Source: Seison nebaliae
Taxonomy: Eukaryota
Length of the DNA stretch: 64,000 nucleotides
Assembly (NCBI GenBank): GCA_023231475.1
Contig: JALJEE010000092.1
Location: 1 to 64,000, forward strand
Direction of reading: 5' to 3'
Position 1 is the stretch's first letter; every line of letters begins with the position of its first letter. The position numbers and the translations under genes are program-made. The notes beneath the pieces were generated by a model that did no database searches, had not been told where the DNA came from, and saw nothing but the letters and a program-made list of their open reading frames with translations. Positions 37,619-52,167 of the stretch are shown in pieces.

Positions 37619-40600
37619 TGTGATTTGGAATGGTCAATGAATAGTATTTTTGTCAGTATGATTGATGGTTTCTCTCTCGAACTTTACAAGAATATCACGT
37701 CGTCTATTAGACTGGTATCATGGAATTCTCCGGAAATATAATTTAAAATGAAAAAACAGAATAATATAATTTTCTTCTGATTTGGATTGTGAGAATTTAT
37801 TTGATAACGATGAGAATTGATTGATTATTATGAAATATTATTTAATTGTTGTTGGTGTTGTTGTTTGGGAGTAGGAGTATATCTGATGAGTAGTTCCGAT
37901 GGTGAGTTGGTCGAGTAAATAAATTATTTGCTCAACTGAATAAACGTAGTGAGAGCGAACAAATAGATAAGAGAGTAGTTAATTGAACATCTTGTTTGCC
38001 ATTATCGTTCATCTTATGAAATCGTTGTTGAAATAAATGATGGAATTGTCGTTGTTTTTCTGTTCCATTTCTTTTTATTTTGCCATACACTGGTCAGAAC
38101 GTCGATACATATGATCTGATAAATTTTCTGATAAATAATTTATAATATGGTAGAAATATTGATTTATTTACTCAATCAATCACGCACACAAAAAAAAACT
38201 CCGTATCGATAGAGATCAACCAAGCAATTATTCCATTAATTTTTTTCTGTGTGTCAAATTGAGTGATTGGTTGGAATACAGTTCGTTTTAGACGTATAGA
38301 CATCGAAACTAAGTAATAGACTATAGTTCTGACAAAACCTTCTCGTATAGCACCTAAGAAGCATATGTGCGTAAACGAATCGAAGCACGCTTAAAATCCC
38401 ACCCCAATTACTAAAAAATGAAATAAACTAAAACAATCTGAAAGGGAAGATAAGACGAAAATTATTATTAGGCTCCTTTTCCTATCAACAAATAATTTCA
38501 ATGATGTTTCAAATTTTAATTCCTCTCACAATATATCGATGAACATGTAATTCTCAAATTGACAAACCGATTTTCTTCCATCAATGCTATTTAATCATCA
38601 CCAATAAAACAATCACGCAAACATCAATCTTTCCCCCCTCCATCAATCAATATTCTCATGAAGAACTGGCACAAAAGAAATTTAATTTTCGTCTCATCAT
38701 CCGTTTATTTATTCCTCTCCAATTCATTCAACGGAACATCCCCCAAATCATTCCTCCAATACATCGAAATCCAATAAATTTAAATTACTTTCAATGTTTT
38801 TCTCCTATTATGACTATTCAATTGGAAAGAAAAAATAAGCGAATTGAAAAATGTTTTCCGTTAAAATTCTTTTTAAAATAAAATATGAAAACTGCTGAAA
38901 TTTGAGGAATGAAGTGACATTTTTTCTGGAATTATTATACCGTCTCCGGATATTCGAACCATCATAAAAATGACTTTTTCTTTCCTAGATATTATTTTGA
39001 AACTGGACGATAAAAAAAAATGGGATTTAAATGTCCACCAATTCCTTCTTTTAGGACGATTACATCGCGAAAATAGACTGAAGATCAAATTGCTCGGGAA
39101 ATAAGAGAAATGTTAAATAATTGAGCGAAATAATTTGTGAACAAAATCGAAAGTGAATTATAATTTTTTTTGAATAACATTATTATAGTAGTAATGGAGA
39201 ACAATAAAAATTATTGACAATGAGAAGAATGGACATATTGACAGATAATTTTAAGATTTTATAAGTTAATTTTTTTTGTTGAACCTCTTTATGGAAAGTG
39301 AGGAGGAAGAAAATGATTAAGCGAAATGTGAACAAGAAAGAAGAAAAAGAATTTCCTTTTGAATGATAAACATTTGGATTTGTACCTCGACTACTGCATC
39401 AATATGTGCATGTTAACAAGATAATATGATGAGAATATAGTGAAGGAATTAGGCTGATGCATATGTAAATGAAATGAATTGAAATATACAATGTCACTGG
39501 GAACAATCGACAAAGAATTAACGAATGAATATTGCAACAAGATGTGGATGAGACTCATTCGAATCGAAACATAAGTAATCGTGGAATGAAGAAAAGGAAA
39601 GGATAAAGAGCATTAATTTCAGTGCTAAATCCATGAAAAGACAGAGATGGTATATGTTGAATAAAACTAATTGAAAGGTACAAAATCATATAGAAAAAAA
39701 TGAATCACTGACTTTTTCCCATTCTATATGAAATTTTCCCTAAAAAATAGTGAAACGGTGATTTACTCATCTTCTCTCACACCCGATCATTTTCCCTCCG
39801 ACTTTTTACATTATGGAAAATTGTTCACTCTCATTTTTCTTTTTCGGTCATTTCCTCACCCATTTTGACCATTTTTTTTAAATTTTTATCAAAATTTAAA
39901 AACTTTTATAGTTTCTTTTGAAAATGTTTAAAATAAATTTTTTTTAATAGCTTGATAAAAAAAATAATAGAGTAATATATTCATGATCGTATAATAAGAA
40001 TAAAAGAATGAAAGCCCATTAAAAGAAATGTTCGGAATGAATAAAAAAATCTTAAGAATATAATATATATTAAGGTGAAGAAATGATCAGAAGAAAAATG
40101 AGAGTGAGGAATTCTCCGTGATGGAAAAAGTGGGAGAGGAAACGACCGTTTTGAGGAGGATGAGGAAATCACCTTTTTGGTAATTTTTTTGGCAGAATTT
40201 CATATAGGATGGGGAAAAGACTGGTAACCTACAAAATATGATGTGATGTCACAACTTCGCGAACGGATAGAGCCATGATTAAATGACAATGGTGTAAGAA
40301 AATATTAGGAGATAGACACTTATTTAAATGATGAATAAACTAAAATGAAAAATTAATGTTAAATTAAATTAATTTAAAGAAAAAATAAATGAAAATTTTT
40401 GTTTGATATCCTTCTCGTCTGTTCGCCGTGTGCCAATGTACACATGTCCTGAAAATTATGAGTGAATGTTGCGATTATTAAATGATAATTAACGCATCAT
40501 ATTCTTGGTGGGGAGAAGTGCATAGTTTAATAGTTACTAGACAAACATAGATGGTAATGCAGGCAACTGTAAGACATATGGGAATCGTATATCGTTCTCT

Positions 40601-43600
40601 TATAAAATTCGATAGGAAATTTCTTAAAAAAAATTTAGAAAAAAATTTTCCTATTTTTATTTAAAATAGTTTGTATAACATTAAACAGTACATATGGAAT
40701 ATGTGCATTCTGATAATGTGCATTTGATAATAATATTATTCTTCTCCTTCATAAGAATTATTAGTTCTTGATGATAATAATAAAAATGATTATGATATAT
40801 TTTTATGCATATCAGCCTCATCTTTTCCACCATCATCATCATCGTTAGAAGAATAATATAATATAATAATTATATTCCATATATTTCCCCCCAACAGACT
40901 AATTATAGAAAGATTTTTTCTTTCTTTTTTTTTGAAAGAAGAATGGAAATAATATTTACATTCAATTCTTTCTATTATTCATTTATCTATCTCGAGAATC
41001 CCAACAATCTCAATAGCTCACTAACTTCGAACGGAGTAGCGTGGCGCTAAGTTAAAAGTTAGTTTAGTTGGTAGTGAGCTAGACTAAATAAGAGAAGATG
41101 ATAAATTAACTGGTTAATAACTTGTAGTTATTATTATGTCTCCTTCCCAAATAATTTCAGTAGTGTTGCGCATGCAACTTAATTAACGTCCATATAAAGT
41201 TAATATTAGTGAATTAATAATTTAATTCCATGTTATGAATGAAAGAAGTGTATGGGAACACGTTACGTAAGTGCGATCCATAACAATAAGAGAGGAGAAG
41301 TGCGCAGAATTATCGTGCACATTCTCTATGTCTTCCTCAATCACATGTCATTGGCAGAGACGAGTCCCATAAAGGAACATGTACGTGATGAAATTTAATA
41401 TTTGACGGACAATTCCAGATAATTAAGGAAACGATGATAGATGGAAGGAGGAATGAATCTTTCTATGTTAGATTAGATATTATATTAGTTGTTTTTATTA
41501 TCTAATGAATTTTACAATAATTCTTATCATGAAAAACTCGCTTCATAATCGACTAGCCCTTTTCATTTGTCAAAGTAGAACTGATCTTATCGACCTTATA
41601 TCCAACATTCGTTAGATGATATGATCCCGAATATCATACAAATTATATAGAGAAAACATTCAGTAGCACGGCTCGTCCAATTAATACTTTCCAGTTCATG
41701 TGATATATAGAAGAAATCGCTTCCTGACTGCAAACCCAACAAATCATTTATCCATCAATCTCCCATTTAATAATACCATTCCCCATTAATTAATGAACTA
41801 CATTTCCTGAATGTCCGAATATGTTCCTTCTCCTCCACTCTACCAAATGGAGTCTACCTTACTTTATCCGAAATGGAAAACAAATAACCTTATTTATTTT
41901 TACTTCCCCCAACTTTTCGTCAAAATCATTTCTATGTCTTAATTCACTTTCAGTCGAATTCCTAAACTTTTCTTCTTCTTCTATTCTCCTCCTATTTCGA
42001 GTATTTTTCTTCCTAATTCTTCGCCTCAAAATTCTTTTATTCTCCATCAGAGAATTGCCCACCAAACGAATAAGGAAGCTAAAATAGAAGAATATTATAT
42101 TAATTGCATTGTTTACATTTACATAAGTAGAAGGGAATTGCAGGAGGAGCTTCTTGCACAATCCACAACAAACAATTCAATTTGAACAAACTAACAGTTG
42201 ATGGAAGCGTAATCAGATATTTGCGCTATCCAATTTTCCATTTGAGACATCAGTCACATGTGAGATACATTTAGGGGAGATGAAACTTATTTGAATAAAA
42301 TGAAGATAGATAAGTGAATGGAAGATAATTAATAAAAGAACAATGTTTTCACTTTAGTTTTCCGAGCAATTGTCGATTAGGGTGGCCAAGAACATCCTCA
42401 TTCAACACTACCAAATTAGATGAGGAAAATGATTTTTTTTGTTTTTGACTTCTTGATCGGAATGACTGCTCGGTTTCCCTCATATACGTATGGAATGAAT
42501 CAAAGAAAAATTCTTCTTCCTTCTAGTCGGAAGATAATGATTGCTCTAGAAGAACTATGCTTAATGAAATGTAAAGATTATATTTGTGTTTTCACATAAG
42601 TGAAAATGAAAGAAATCAATTGCAAGATCTATTCCCAGCAAAAATGGTATGAGGGACATGTATGACACACCGGTGATTTTGTTTTGAAGGGTGGTGCTAT
42701 CCCAATCCAATATATGCACACACATTCTCATACTATTACAATGTTAACGATACCTACATGATAGGTGGGTCGAATGAAGAGAAAGGTTTCGTTTGATAAA
42801 TACAATTTTACACGGAAAAGATATGTCTTGGAGAAGTTTGGATGAAAAAGGAAGATGTGTAGAAAAAATGCACAGAAAATGCACAAATGAAAACTAATTG
42901 AGAAGAGGTAAATTAATATATCTAATAAGAAGTTAGACCATGAAGAGACGGGGATAAAATTTTTTTAACTAATTACCTCCAATTACGTATTGATTGTATT
43001 ACATTTAGTTAATGGACATAAAATAATTTTCTTTAACATTTTCCTTCTCACTGTCAATTATTGAAACTTAACGCTAATATTCATAGATTTATGCATAATC
43101 TCAAATCAGTCGGATGAAATTGATGAAAAATGATGGACTCAATTTCTTTTTGGGGGAGGTTTCCGACACGATATTATTTCAATGGAAGAAGAAATACTCA
43201 AATGAATGAGAAATTATCGGGTGTCATGGCGGAACACTTAGGGAAACCGTTAAATTTGAGATATGCAAAAAAGCATTATGTGTTCACAGTTCTCCACATA
43301 TGCCGACTCCACAAAAAGGAAATCAGTTGAGACTGCAAGTCGTAGTGGTAGTAAGATTAAGCAGAAAATTGAAATTGAATAACGAAAAATATATAATTGA
43401 AAGTTGATGTAAAGCGGAAGAATAATAGGGTAGAAGTAATTGTTAGTATTTAAAACTAATGGGTTAACGGGAAAATGATAAATAGTTATAAGAAAATAGA
43501 AAGGAGAAAATGTTGAAAGAACGGAAGATGTCTTGAGAAATGAACGATATGAGAATAATAAATGAATGAATGGTTCTTTTCTCTTAGAGAATGGCACTAA

Positions 43601-45128
43601 TAATATATGAAATCGGTAAGGAAGATGAAAAGAAATTCTCTTATAATATCGATCAATTACATTATATGAAAATGGAGAATATTGGAAAACTAATTTAGTT
43701 GGGAAGAAGATGATCTGGCCCTATCATATTAGGATCATTCAAAATATATTCATCCGTTTTCTGATAGGTTACGTATGTCGAATGTTAGTCAAAATAAGTA
43801 ACTTTCAAAAGATGCATTCTAGGACAATCTACTACTAATATGTCGTAAAATTTGTACGATGTGCAAACTTTTTCATATCATATTTTCAACTTCATCTTAT
43901 CATGTCTTAAATATTTCAACAAACAGTGTACATGTCTAGCTTCATTTGGACTATACCTACTAACATTTTCTACCACCACTCCATTACACTGAACATATCA
44001 ATATTTTCCATCGTTGTATAACATTATTTCAGAATTTATCTTGAAATTAAACTGCGCGATTTACTTCAAACTTTCCTATACATAACATTCTAGACAAATT
44101 CTTATGCTCTCATACACCACCTACCTTAAACACTCGATCTACATAAAGTTGGAAGCATACTTACGGAGAAGAATGTATGTTGCCTTTTCAGTTTGAAGAT
44201 ACTCGAATCTATTCGTTCAACCTAAAAAATGTCATAAGAAAAATTACTTAAGCATTCGTGGAGGAAAACTGAAACTAACGTTAGGTTTATAAGAATTAGG
44301 GAAAGGTAGTTGAATCTCATTCACCTTAATTTCTTTAAAAAATAAAATCGTAAATTATTTTTTAAAAATTAATTAATTTAAAACATACGTCACCTTGAAC
44401 AATCAAGCACGCAGTTCCATATCCATCCAAATTCATTGCTTTCATAAACTATCAATTTACGTCGATATATATTACAAGAAATAACATAATGAATGATAAG
44501 ACACATACATAAATTGAAAGAAATGGTTCATTTATTTTAATTAAACTAATACCTGAAGATGAAGACAGTTGGGTTTGCTTCTCTTTGTCAAAGTCAATAA
44601 GTAGAGAAAGACGGGAAAGGAATAATATGTGCATTTTGTTTGCGTTCTTCTCAAATACGCCCCTTCTTCTCGACTAGCTAAATTGTCTCTTCTTCTTCTT
44701 CAGCCGACAGCAACGAATTCTTACTATAAATAGCATTCGGTTCTATTTTAACGAATAACTTGTTCATCCTTAGTCACATACCTAACTTTTTTTTATTCAT
44801 CCCAACACCTAGAACATATACAAAATAAGCATATCGATCTGTTTATGAGTTTACATTAAAATTTACATTTACTTTGTGATTAAAGAAGTTGAGTATTCAT
44901 AACTTATCCATATTATTAATCAATAGAAAAACGTTTAAAGTTGTTACTCTTAGAAGAATGCAGTTTCCATCTCTCAATTGGTTGAAGTGCACATTATCTT
45001 AGGTATCCGATAATTAAGGACCATTTATTGTCAATATAATCGACAATTATTGAAGTTCTTCCATATAAATATATCCTTTTTTAATCTTATTTATTTATAT
45101 CAGAAATCTAAATAAAAAAAGAGGAGGA

Positions 45129-45231
45129 TAATACCTAATACCTAATACCTAATACCTAATACCTAATACCTAATACCTAATACCTAATACCTAATACCTA
45201 ATACCTAATACCTAATACATAATACCTAATA
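45129..45231. repeat. Heptamer tandem repeat (TAATACC)14 = (TTAGGTA)n on the minus strand
   Basis: 14 units, one of them variant (TAATACA). Confidence 0.95.
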
Positions 45232-45391
45232 AAAATATAAATTTCTAATTTATCAATTAACTAATAATTTTGAAAAATTCTTTACAGAATGTCTTTATAT
45301 GATATAAATTATATCGAACTCAATTTGTAATATCGAATAATGAAGATAATGGAAGAAAACCAACCGACATACACCGTATAATATGGACGAA

Positions 45392-46235
45392 GAATTCACC
45401 ATTTATATCGATATCGGAGAGGAATTCACTCTAAAATCAAATGTTAATTCCATTTGGGAGAGGAAATAACTCTAATTTTTTTTTACAAAAAAACATCATT
45501 TTTTTCCACTTTCGAAAAACCGGATTCAAAAGCTCGACACCGTCGGCAGTTTCTACTTCAAAAGGAGGATGTAAAAAATTCATGATACACTGATAGTAAT
45601 ATAATAGGTACTTAATGATAATTATGGACACGTATTTATAGAAGATTTACTATTCACTTGTAAGATTTGCGGCTTTTTTTATCATTAAAAATTGATTGAT
45701 TAAATTCCACATTTATCATAGTATGTTTCTATTTTATAGATTAATTGACCATAAGATTGTTCAATTAATTATTTTAATTATTTGATCTCATCACTTGATT
45801 AATTGATTAACGGATTCTTTAGTAAATATTGTCTTACTTTACGTCTGAAGAAGGTATATGTATATTAAAGCTATCATTCTATTAAAATATTTACTAATTC
45901 ATTTACAATGTCAAGCGCTCATTTGAGCATTGTGACTTTATAAGTCAGGCTAAATTCGAAAAAAATGTGAAATTAAAAGATGAATTCCTCTCCGAAAAAC
46001 TAAAAATAAAGATAATTCCTCTCCGAAATCTTCAAATTTTAGTGAATTCCTCTCCGAAAAACTCTTTTTGGGTGAATTGCTCTCTGAAAAACTGCTTTTT
46101 GGTGATTTGCACTCCGAAAAGTGTTTTATAAGGTGAATAGTGGAGTGAATTCCGCTCCGATATTTGAGTGAATACAGCTCCGAATATGAAAAACAAGGTG
46201 AATTCCTCCATTATGTGAATACCGCTTCGGGATTC
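45392..46235. repeat. Array of GTGAATTCCTCTCCGAAAA motifs at 30-31-nt period, with inverted copies about 550 nt upstream; probable DNA-transposon subterminal repeats
   Basis: Units start near 45980, 46011, 46042, 46072, 46102, 46133, 46145, 46168, 46198 and 46215. An inverted TCGGAGAGGAATTCAC lies at ~45413-45428. The array ends CGGGATTC. Confidence 0.75.
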
Positions 46236-46711
46236 ATAATTTATGTTATTTTCATTTTACATTAGAATTTTTAATTTATTTTCAATTTTACTGGACTGTT
46301 GTCCGATTGGTGATGGTTCAAAGATTATCACTTTCCTGCCTTATACATGAGTACTGCTATGTCCGGAGAGGCACAGTATCTCTTGTACAAAACAGCGCCA
46401 AAAATTTCTCATTTGTCATTTATATTAAAAGAGGAGTATCATGAGAAATGGTGAAAGTTACGTCGTTCCAACCTAATGAAATTACGATTAAAGTAAAAAT
46501 GCAAATAATCCTCACTAAAAAAATCAATTTGCCAACTCTAAAATTCCACTGCTTAATTAATTATCGAGGGCCATGGTGGAATGGAATGGTGTGGGAATTT
46601 ATACGTATATGTTCCTAAATTGAGATGTGTATGTGCAAATAGATCGTATACCGCAGAGATTATTTAAAACCGTGTTAATATATTATGGCGTACATTCAAC
46701 CAGTTTCTTTC

Positions 46712-46850
46712 CACATACACTTACACATACTTACACACACTTACACACACTCACAATACACACACATACTCACTCACACACACATACACATATATATATA
46801 TATATATATACACAAATACACTCACATACACTGACACGCCATACACTCAC
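46712..46850. repeat. Compound CA/TA-rich microsatellite
   Basis: Imperfect (CA)n with an internal (TA)n run. Confidence 0.85.
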
Positions 46851-49800
46851 ATATTATTACGCTCTTAATTATTACACAAATAACCAACAGTTTCCCATAA
46901 TAAATTAACGTTAATTAAACACATAAGTTATTTTCCTTTTGTTGTGCTCAACTCGCTTATTTGCCATTCCGTGAGAGTAGAAAGGGAAGAAGTGTTAGTC
47001 GCACTTAGTGACATCACATGACGTCTTGTTAAATGGATAAGAGTCCTGTCTATCAAAATTATTTGTATTTAATATCCAATATGTATTCATTTTTATCTTG
47101 AACTTCCCCCATCTCCACTCAGCGAGCATTGAGAGAAGAAAAAAAGCATATTAGATGGAAATATTTTTCATATGGTTTACGTTATTAATTGGAACGACCT
47201 TAGGTAGTCGCTCAAGGAAGGTATAATTCCGTTTATTTTAATAATTTACTTTTATACATCAAACTTCTAGGGAAAAATTGGAATAATAGTAACATTATGA
47301 AGAATATTATAATAATTCTCAAGATATATTTATTCCAATTAATCAGTTACTTCCATGTAGAAAACACGCATTAATATATACAGCTATCGTAAAAATAAAA
47401 TAAGGAAATTGTTCGAATAAGATACTCATCACGGACATAAAACGCGAGAGGTAATTGACAATTGGACACCCCGTCTCCACATCGACAGTCCAGAAAGACT
47501 AACTAAATTTTTAAGTTGAAATTTTAAAGTCGAAATTTAATAGTTTTAGGAGATCGATAATTCGATGGTAAAGGCAGGATATTGAATGAAGAAAGAAACT
47601 TATAATTTGGTGAGGATTCATAAAGGTTGGTCTTGGCCATGTGTCCAAGAACTCCCACTCATTCCTTTAAAATTGGCATATTTCAATTTTTATGACTTCC
47701 TATATGAATTGTATTAGTGAAATATATATATTTGATAAAGTTACTAATATTATTGAATTTCAGATCCTTCAACGTACTTTCAACGAATATTGTGGAAGGA
47801 AATTAAAATTTTTTTTTCTTTCAATATGATAATAAGAAAGTGTAAGAGATCACTAGAAATAAAGAGAATAATGAGAAAGATATTAGCTATTTCTCTTCCT
47901 TTATTATTCAATTACTTTTGTTATCATCTCATAAAGAAGAATTTATATTGTTCGTATGAGAATCCTTATTATGTTTTTATTATGAAAATCAATTAGAATT
48001 TTCTTTGCAAACCGAAAAATTTGACTAATATCGAAGACATACATATATATTTATATGTATATACGATTATCGACTTAGGCAAATATGGGAGAAGAATATG
48101 ATTAGATTATGAATCTCGGCACTACTCCACCATCGCTGCATGAAAATCTCTCTAGTTTCCCAGTTAAATTCTTCTCATATCTAATAACAGATTTACATAT
48201 TTTCAATCAATTCTTCTTCGGATTACTTCGATTTTATCGATTCATTTCTCTTGTTCATTTATGTCGTTTGTTCGTTTTCATTTGTTCAAAGAACGATCAT
48301 TAAAAAATTCTCTTTAGAAATAGAACTGAAATATATAATTGTCAAACGAGTTGGCTTATGTCCTTATAATGGAATAGAGACGATGTTGAATCACCCGTCC
48401 ATCCACTATCATTTCGTTCGTCATATTTCCTTTTCTTACACATCTTGTCGTTTTTGTATATTTGGACTAACCGGTTATACCATTCCCACCCTCCAAGGGA
48501 CCATGTAAGAAATATTCTCATTCATGTATAAGCAACAACGTTATAGTTGCTTCCTCCAGAAGAAATAACCATTATATCGTCTCTCTGTTCGTCGATGGGA
48601 TGATTCATCAGTTTTCTTCTTCAACCGAATGATAAGATGGAATTATGTTGGACGGAAGATGGCAAATGAGAAGGAGAACTTAAACAACAATTCTACTAAA
48701 GGAATTTCGACAAGACGTCAAACAATATTTGGCGATCATGGGCGTATAAAGAACGGCATCGTCTTTACACCAAGTTTCATGCACGAGTCACTCCATTTTC
48801 TTGTGGAAGATTTATGAAAGAAGGAACGAGTGAATGAATAGATGGGAATAAACGAAAGGAATGATAGAGGAAGGGAAGGAAGAATAAGGAGGAAAATTTT
48901 TTATGTTCGACTCACTAATTCCTTATTTTTTTTTCTTTTTATTTGGGCGAAATTCGGACAATACGTCTTTATTATTATATCATTATACACGAACAACAAC
49001 AATGCAAATAATAATAATAATGACATCTACCATCCGAGTCACATGTATGGAAACATGAGAGGAATAAAGAAACATATTAATCTATAAAGTATTCTTTTCC
49101 GTTTTCTCAACAGATAAATGGAGATATAAATGACGATAGGAAATAGATGATGTTGACGGAATGGACTGCACACTATCCCATTCTCAATCGCCACATGCCA
49201 CACAAATGAACTTATAAATAAAAATTATATTCCTGTTAATTTCAATTTCCCCCATTTCTCTTGTTCTTAACTTCGAAAGAAAAAAAAAGATATTTCCCAA
49301 TTATTCTTTATGAAAAAAAGAAGAAGATGAGACTAATGTAATTCTATCTAATCTCGTTTATTTATTATATAATTACTTATGCCATTCATCTTCTCTTCTT
49401 AATTTGCATGTCCGTAAATTGACCGAGACAATTGCTTAATATCGTACAATTTCCTTATAAATGGGAAGAAGGATTATTACAATAAATGGCTGATTGGCTG
49501 GCTGGTTAGTTCGTCCGCCGATTCACTATCAGTTCGTCCATGTTTGAAGGATGGAACACACATAAACAGGAATATCCTTTTCTTCTCCCATTCATGCGAC
49601 TACTTAATTGGCCTGAATAGATAAACGGACATTTCAATAACCATTTCCTCTCCCAATATCAAAATTTCAATGTGACTTTTATGATTTGGAATTATTCCGT
49701 TGGAATATTCCACACCATTTCCTCTCAAATCCTCCAAAAAAATTCTCTTCTCTCCTTAATCGTATGAATCACGCCACCTCACATTTAAATGCGATTCGAA

Positions 49801-50752
49801 ATGCGTCACACTTATCCGCTTTATGATTTTGCGTCGTTTCTTTTTGAGCAAAAAAATTAAAATTAAAAAATTCACAATTTCCAATAGTGACATGATATCT
49901 GAATAAAGCACAATAACTAATATAAGATAAATTAAAACTGTAATCATGCGAATCAAAATTTAAATTATCCTCATTTACATATCATTTCAATTGGAATATA
50001 AATATACATCGTCTTCTCAATCCATACTCTCACGAATGTCTCTTAGAGAACACATTGGATGGAGAATTGAGAAAAATAAATGAAATAATAAACTTCTTCA
50101 ATTCCACATCAGTCGAACAAGAAGAAGAAGGAGAAATGGAAAGAGAAGTATTGGAATCATAAGAAAACTCTTCACCAAAAGGAGTAGTTCAATTAAAAAT
50201 TTTACAAAATTTCTTTTCCACCAAATATGACGTAATATATTCAATGTTGTTAGAATAAACTTTTCTGGAACGCTTCAAATATTCCAACACTTAACAAGTC
50301 TTCTCCAAGATGAAAAGAAAAGATTCTCCAACTGGACATAATATGTATATCTCCTTCCATTTCAAATTGTTGTCCGTTCAAATAGAAGAACAAAATGAAA
50401 CTCAATAATTTCCCCAGAAGTACGACCACCAGAAGAACCAAGAAATGATAGATGTTCTATTACATGTATAATTCCAAAAAGTTCATTACATTCCAATGAT
50501 TTATCTTCTTACGTTGTTTTAATCAACTCTCCTCCCCCACTCAATTAATCAACTTGCTCATATCAATCAATCATCCTCTTCTTTTCCTCTACTTCTTCTT
50601 CTCAATGCACATCGAATAAAGAAAACGTTTCATTCTCATCAAAAACGTATAAACTCTCTTACCTGATCTCTAACCTTCATTCATTCCATTCTTATTTACG
50701 ATGGAGATTTTTTTTTGAGAAATCTAGAAAGATAGAAATTGATAACTTCATA

Positions 50753-51485
50753 TACCGTCATGTGAGGCAAGATGAGACATTGGGGCAAAATGAGACACTG
50801 CTCAATAAGCTTCTTTTTATTGAGTATGAACCAGTTTATTAGTGTATTAATTTTCTTAATATTAATTTTATACATTAATAAGAATACGTACTCTTGGAGT
50901 TACAACTCATTTTTATTCATTTTTAATTTAGAAAAAACGAATTTTAAATTTGATGCTGATTTAGTTTTAAAAAATTCATTTTTTTCTCATTATAAGATGC
51001 AATCAACATTGATCAAAATGTCTCTATAAGCGGAGTCAGTCTTTATTTAGAGCTTGTCAAATTTTTGGGAACTTTAATTGACGAGAAGGAAAAATAATTT
51101 AAAATAAAATGGTTTGGGTAATATTGAGACACTCATTTTTCAAACAAGAAAAATGAAAATTTTTTAAAAAATGTTTAAATTAAATCCTGGTTTGAACTTA
51201 GCGGATCAATATGATAAAGAAAATTCGGAACCATAGTTTCCTTTTGTACACATAAATAAAATAAATATTGAAATTTATTTAATTATTGATTTTTCTCATT
51301 TGAAAAATGAGTGTCTCATATTGCCCCAACCTCCTCATTTTTAATTAATTTTTTTTTGTTAATTACATTTTCTAAAAATTTGACAGACTCTAGATAATGA
51401 ATTAGTCCGCTTCTATGGAGATTTTCGATAATTTTTGATACATCTTATAATGGGAACAAATTGAATTTTTTTTGGTTAAATAAGT
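50753..51485. mobile_element. Palindromic MITE-like element, right end truncated
   Basis: Starts TACCGTCATGTGAGGCAAGATGAGACA with a repeated GGGCAAnATGAGACA motif. About 50960-51150 is an imperfect reverse complement of about 51290-51485. Confidence 0.7.
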
Positions 51486-52167
51486 TTACTTATAAAGGAA
51501 TGGTATGCGTTCGCATCCGCCGTTTGACTCCAAAAAATCATGGAGATAGGAAAAATAAAGTTAAAGAGATGTGTAAATTTTTTTATCCTTAGTCGAAGTA
51601 TTACAGCCGGTTTTCTAATAATTCTAATTCTTCAGTCGACATTCATCTAAAAACAACATCTAAAAGTAACTTTTTTATGGATAAATATAATCTTCTACAT
51701 TTCACCGATGTTCAATTCGACAATTTCCATTAATCTCAACTTTCATCTTACCGAACAGTAAATTCTCTCCTTTCTAATTTCTTCTTCTCCTTTCTAACTT
51801 CAATTCTCCTCCGCACAATTTGGATAATCTTGCAAATTATCAAACTTCCTTCTACTTCTTCAGAAGAAAAGTCTTCCTCCAACTAAATAATTTCTATCGA
51901 TTTAACAATTATGATTTGTTTCATTCTGCCGAAAAGAGACTTTCCTCAAAAGAAAAATAAGATTTTTCATTTTATTTTTGTTTATGAAGAAAATTGGAAA
52001 GAATATTTACTTTTCTAAACATCAAAAAAACACATGAAATTTTTGTGGAACATTGAAAATTGTTCCCAAAAAAAGTACTTGAAGAACGACGTCCCCGTTA
52101 TCATGTACCGTAAAAAAAATGGAGGAATTTTGCATATAGTCAGTGTAATCTTGCACAATTATCAGAA

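Noticed and set aside
45980..46235. CRISPR-like repeat-spacer appearance
   Set aside because: Repeats are degenerate, spacers are only ~12 nt, there are no cas genes, and the context is an intron-containing animal genome.
46627..46908. His/Thr-rich 93-aa ORF
   Set aside because: Translation of a CA microsatellite.
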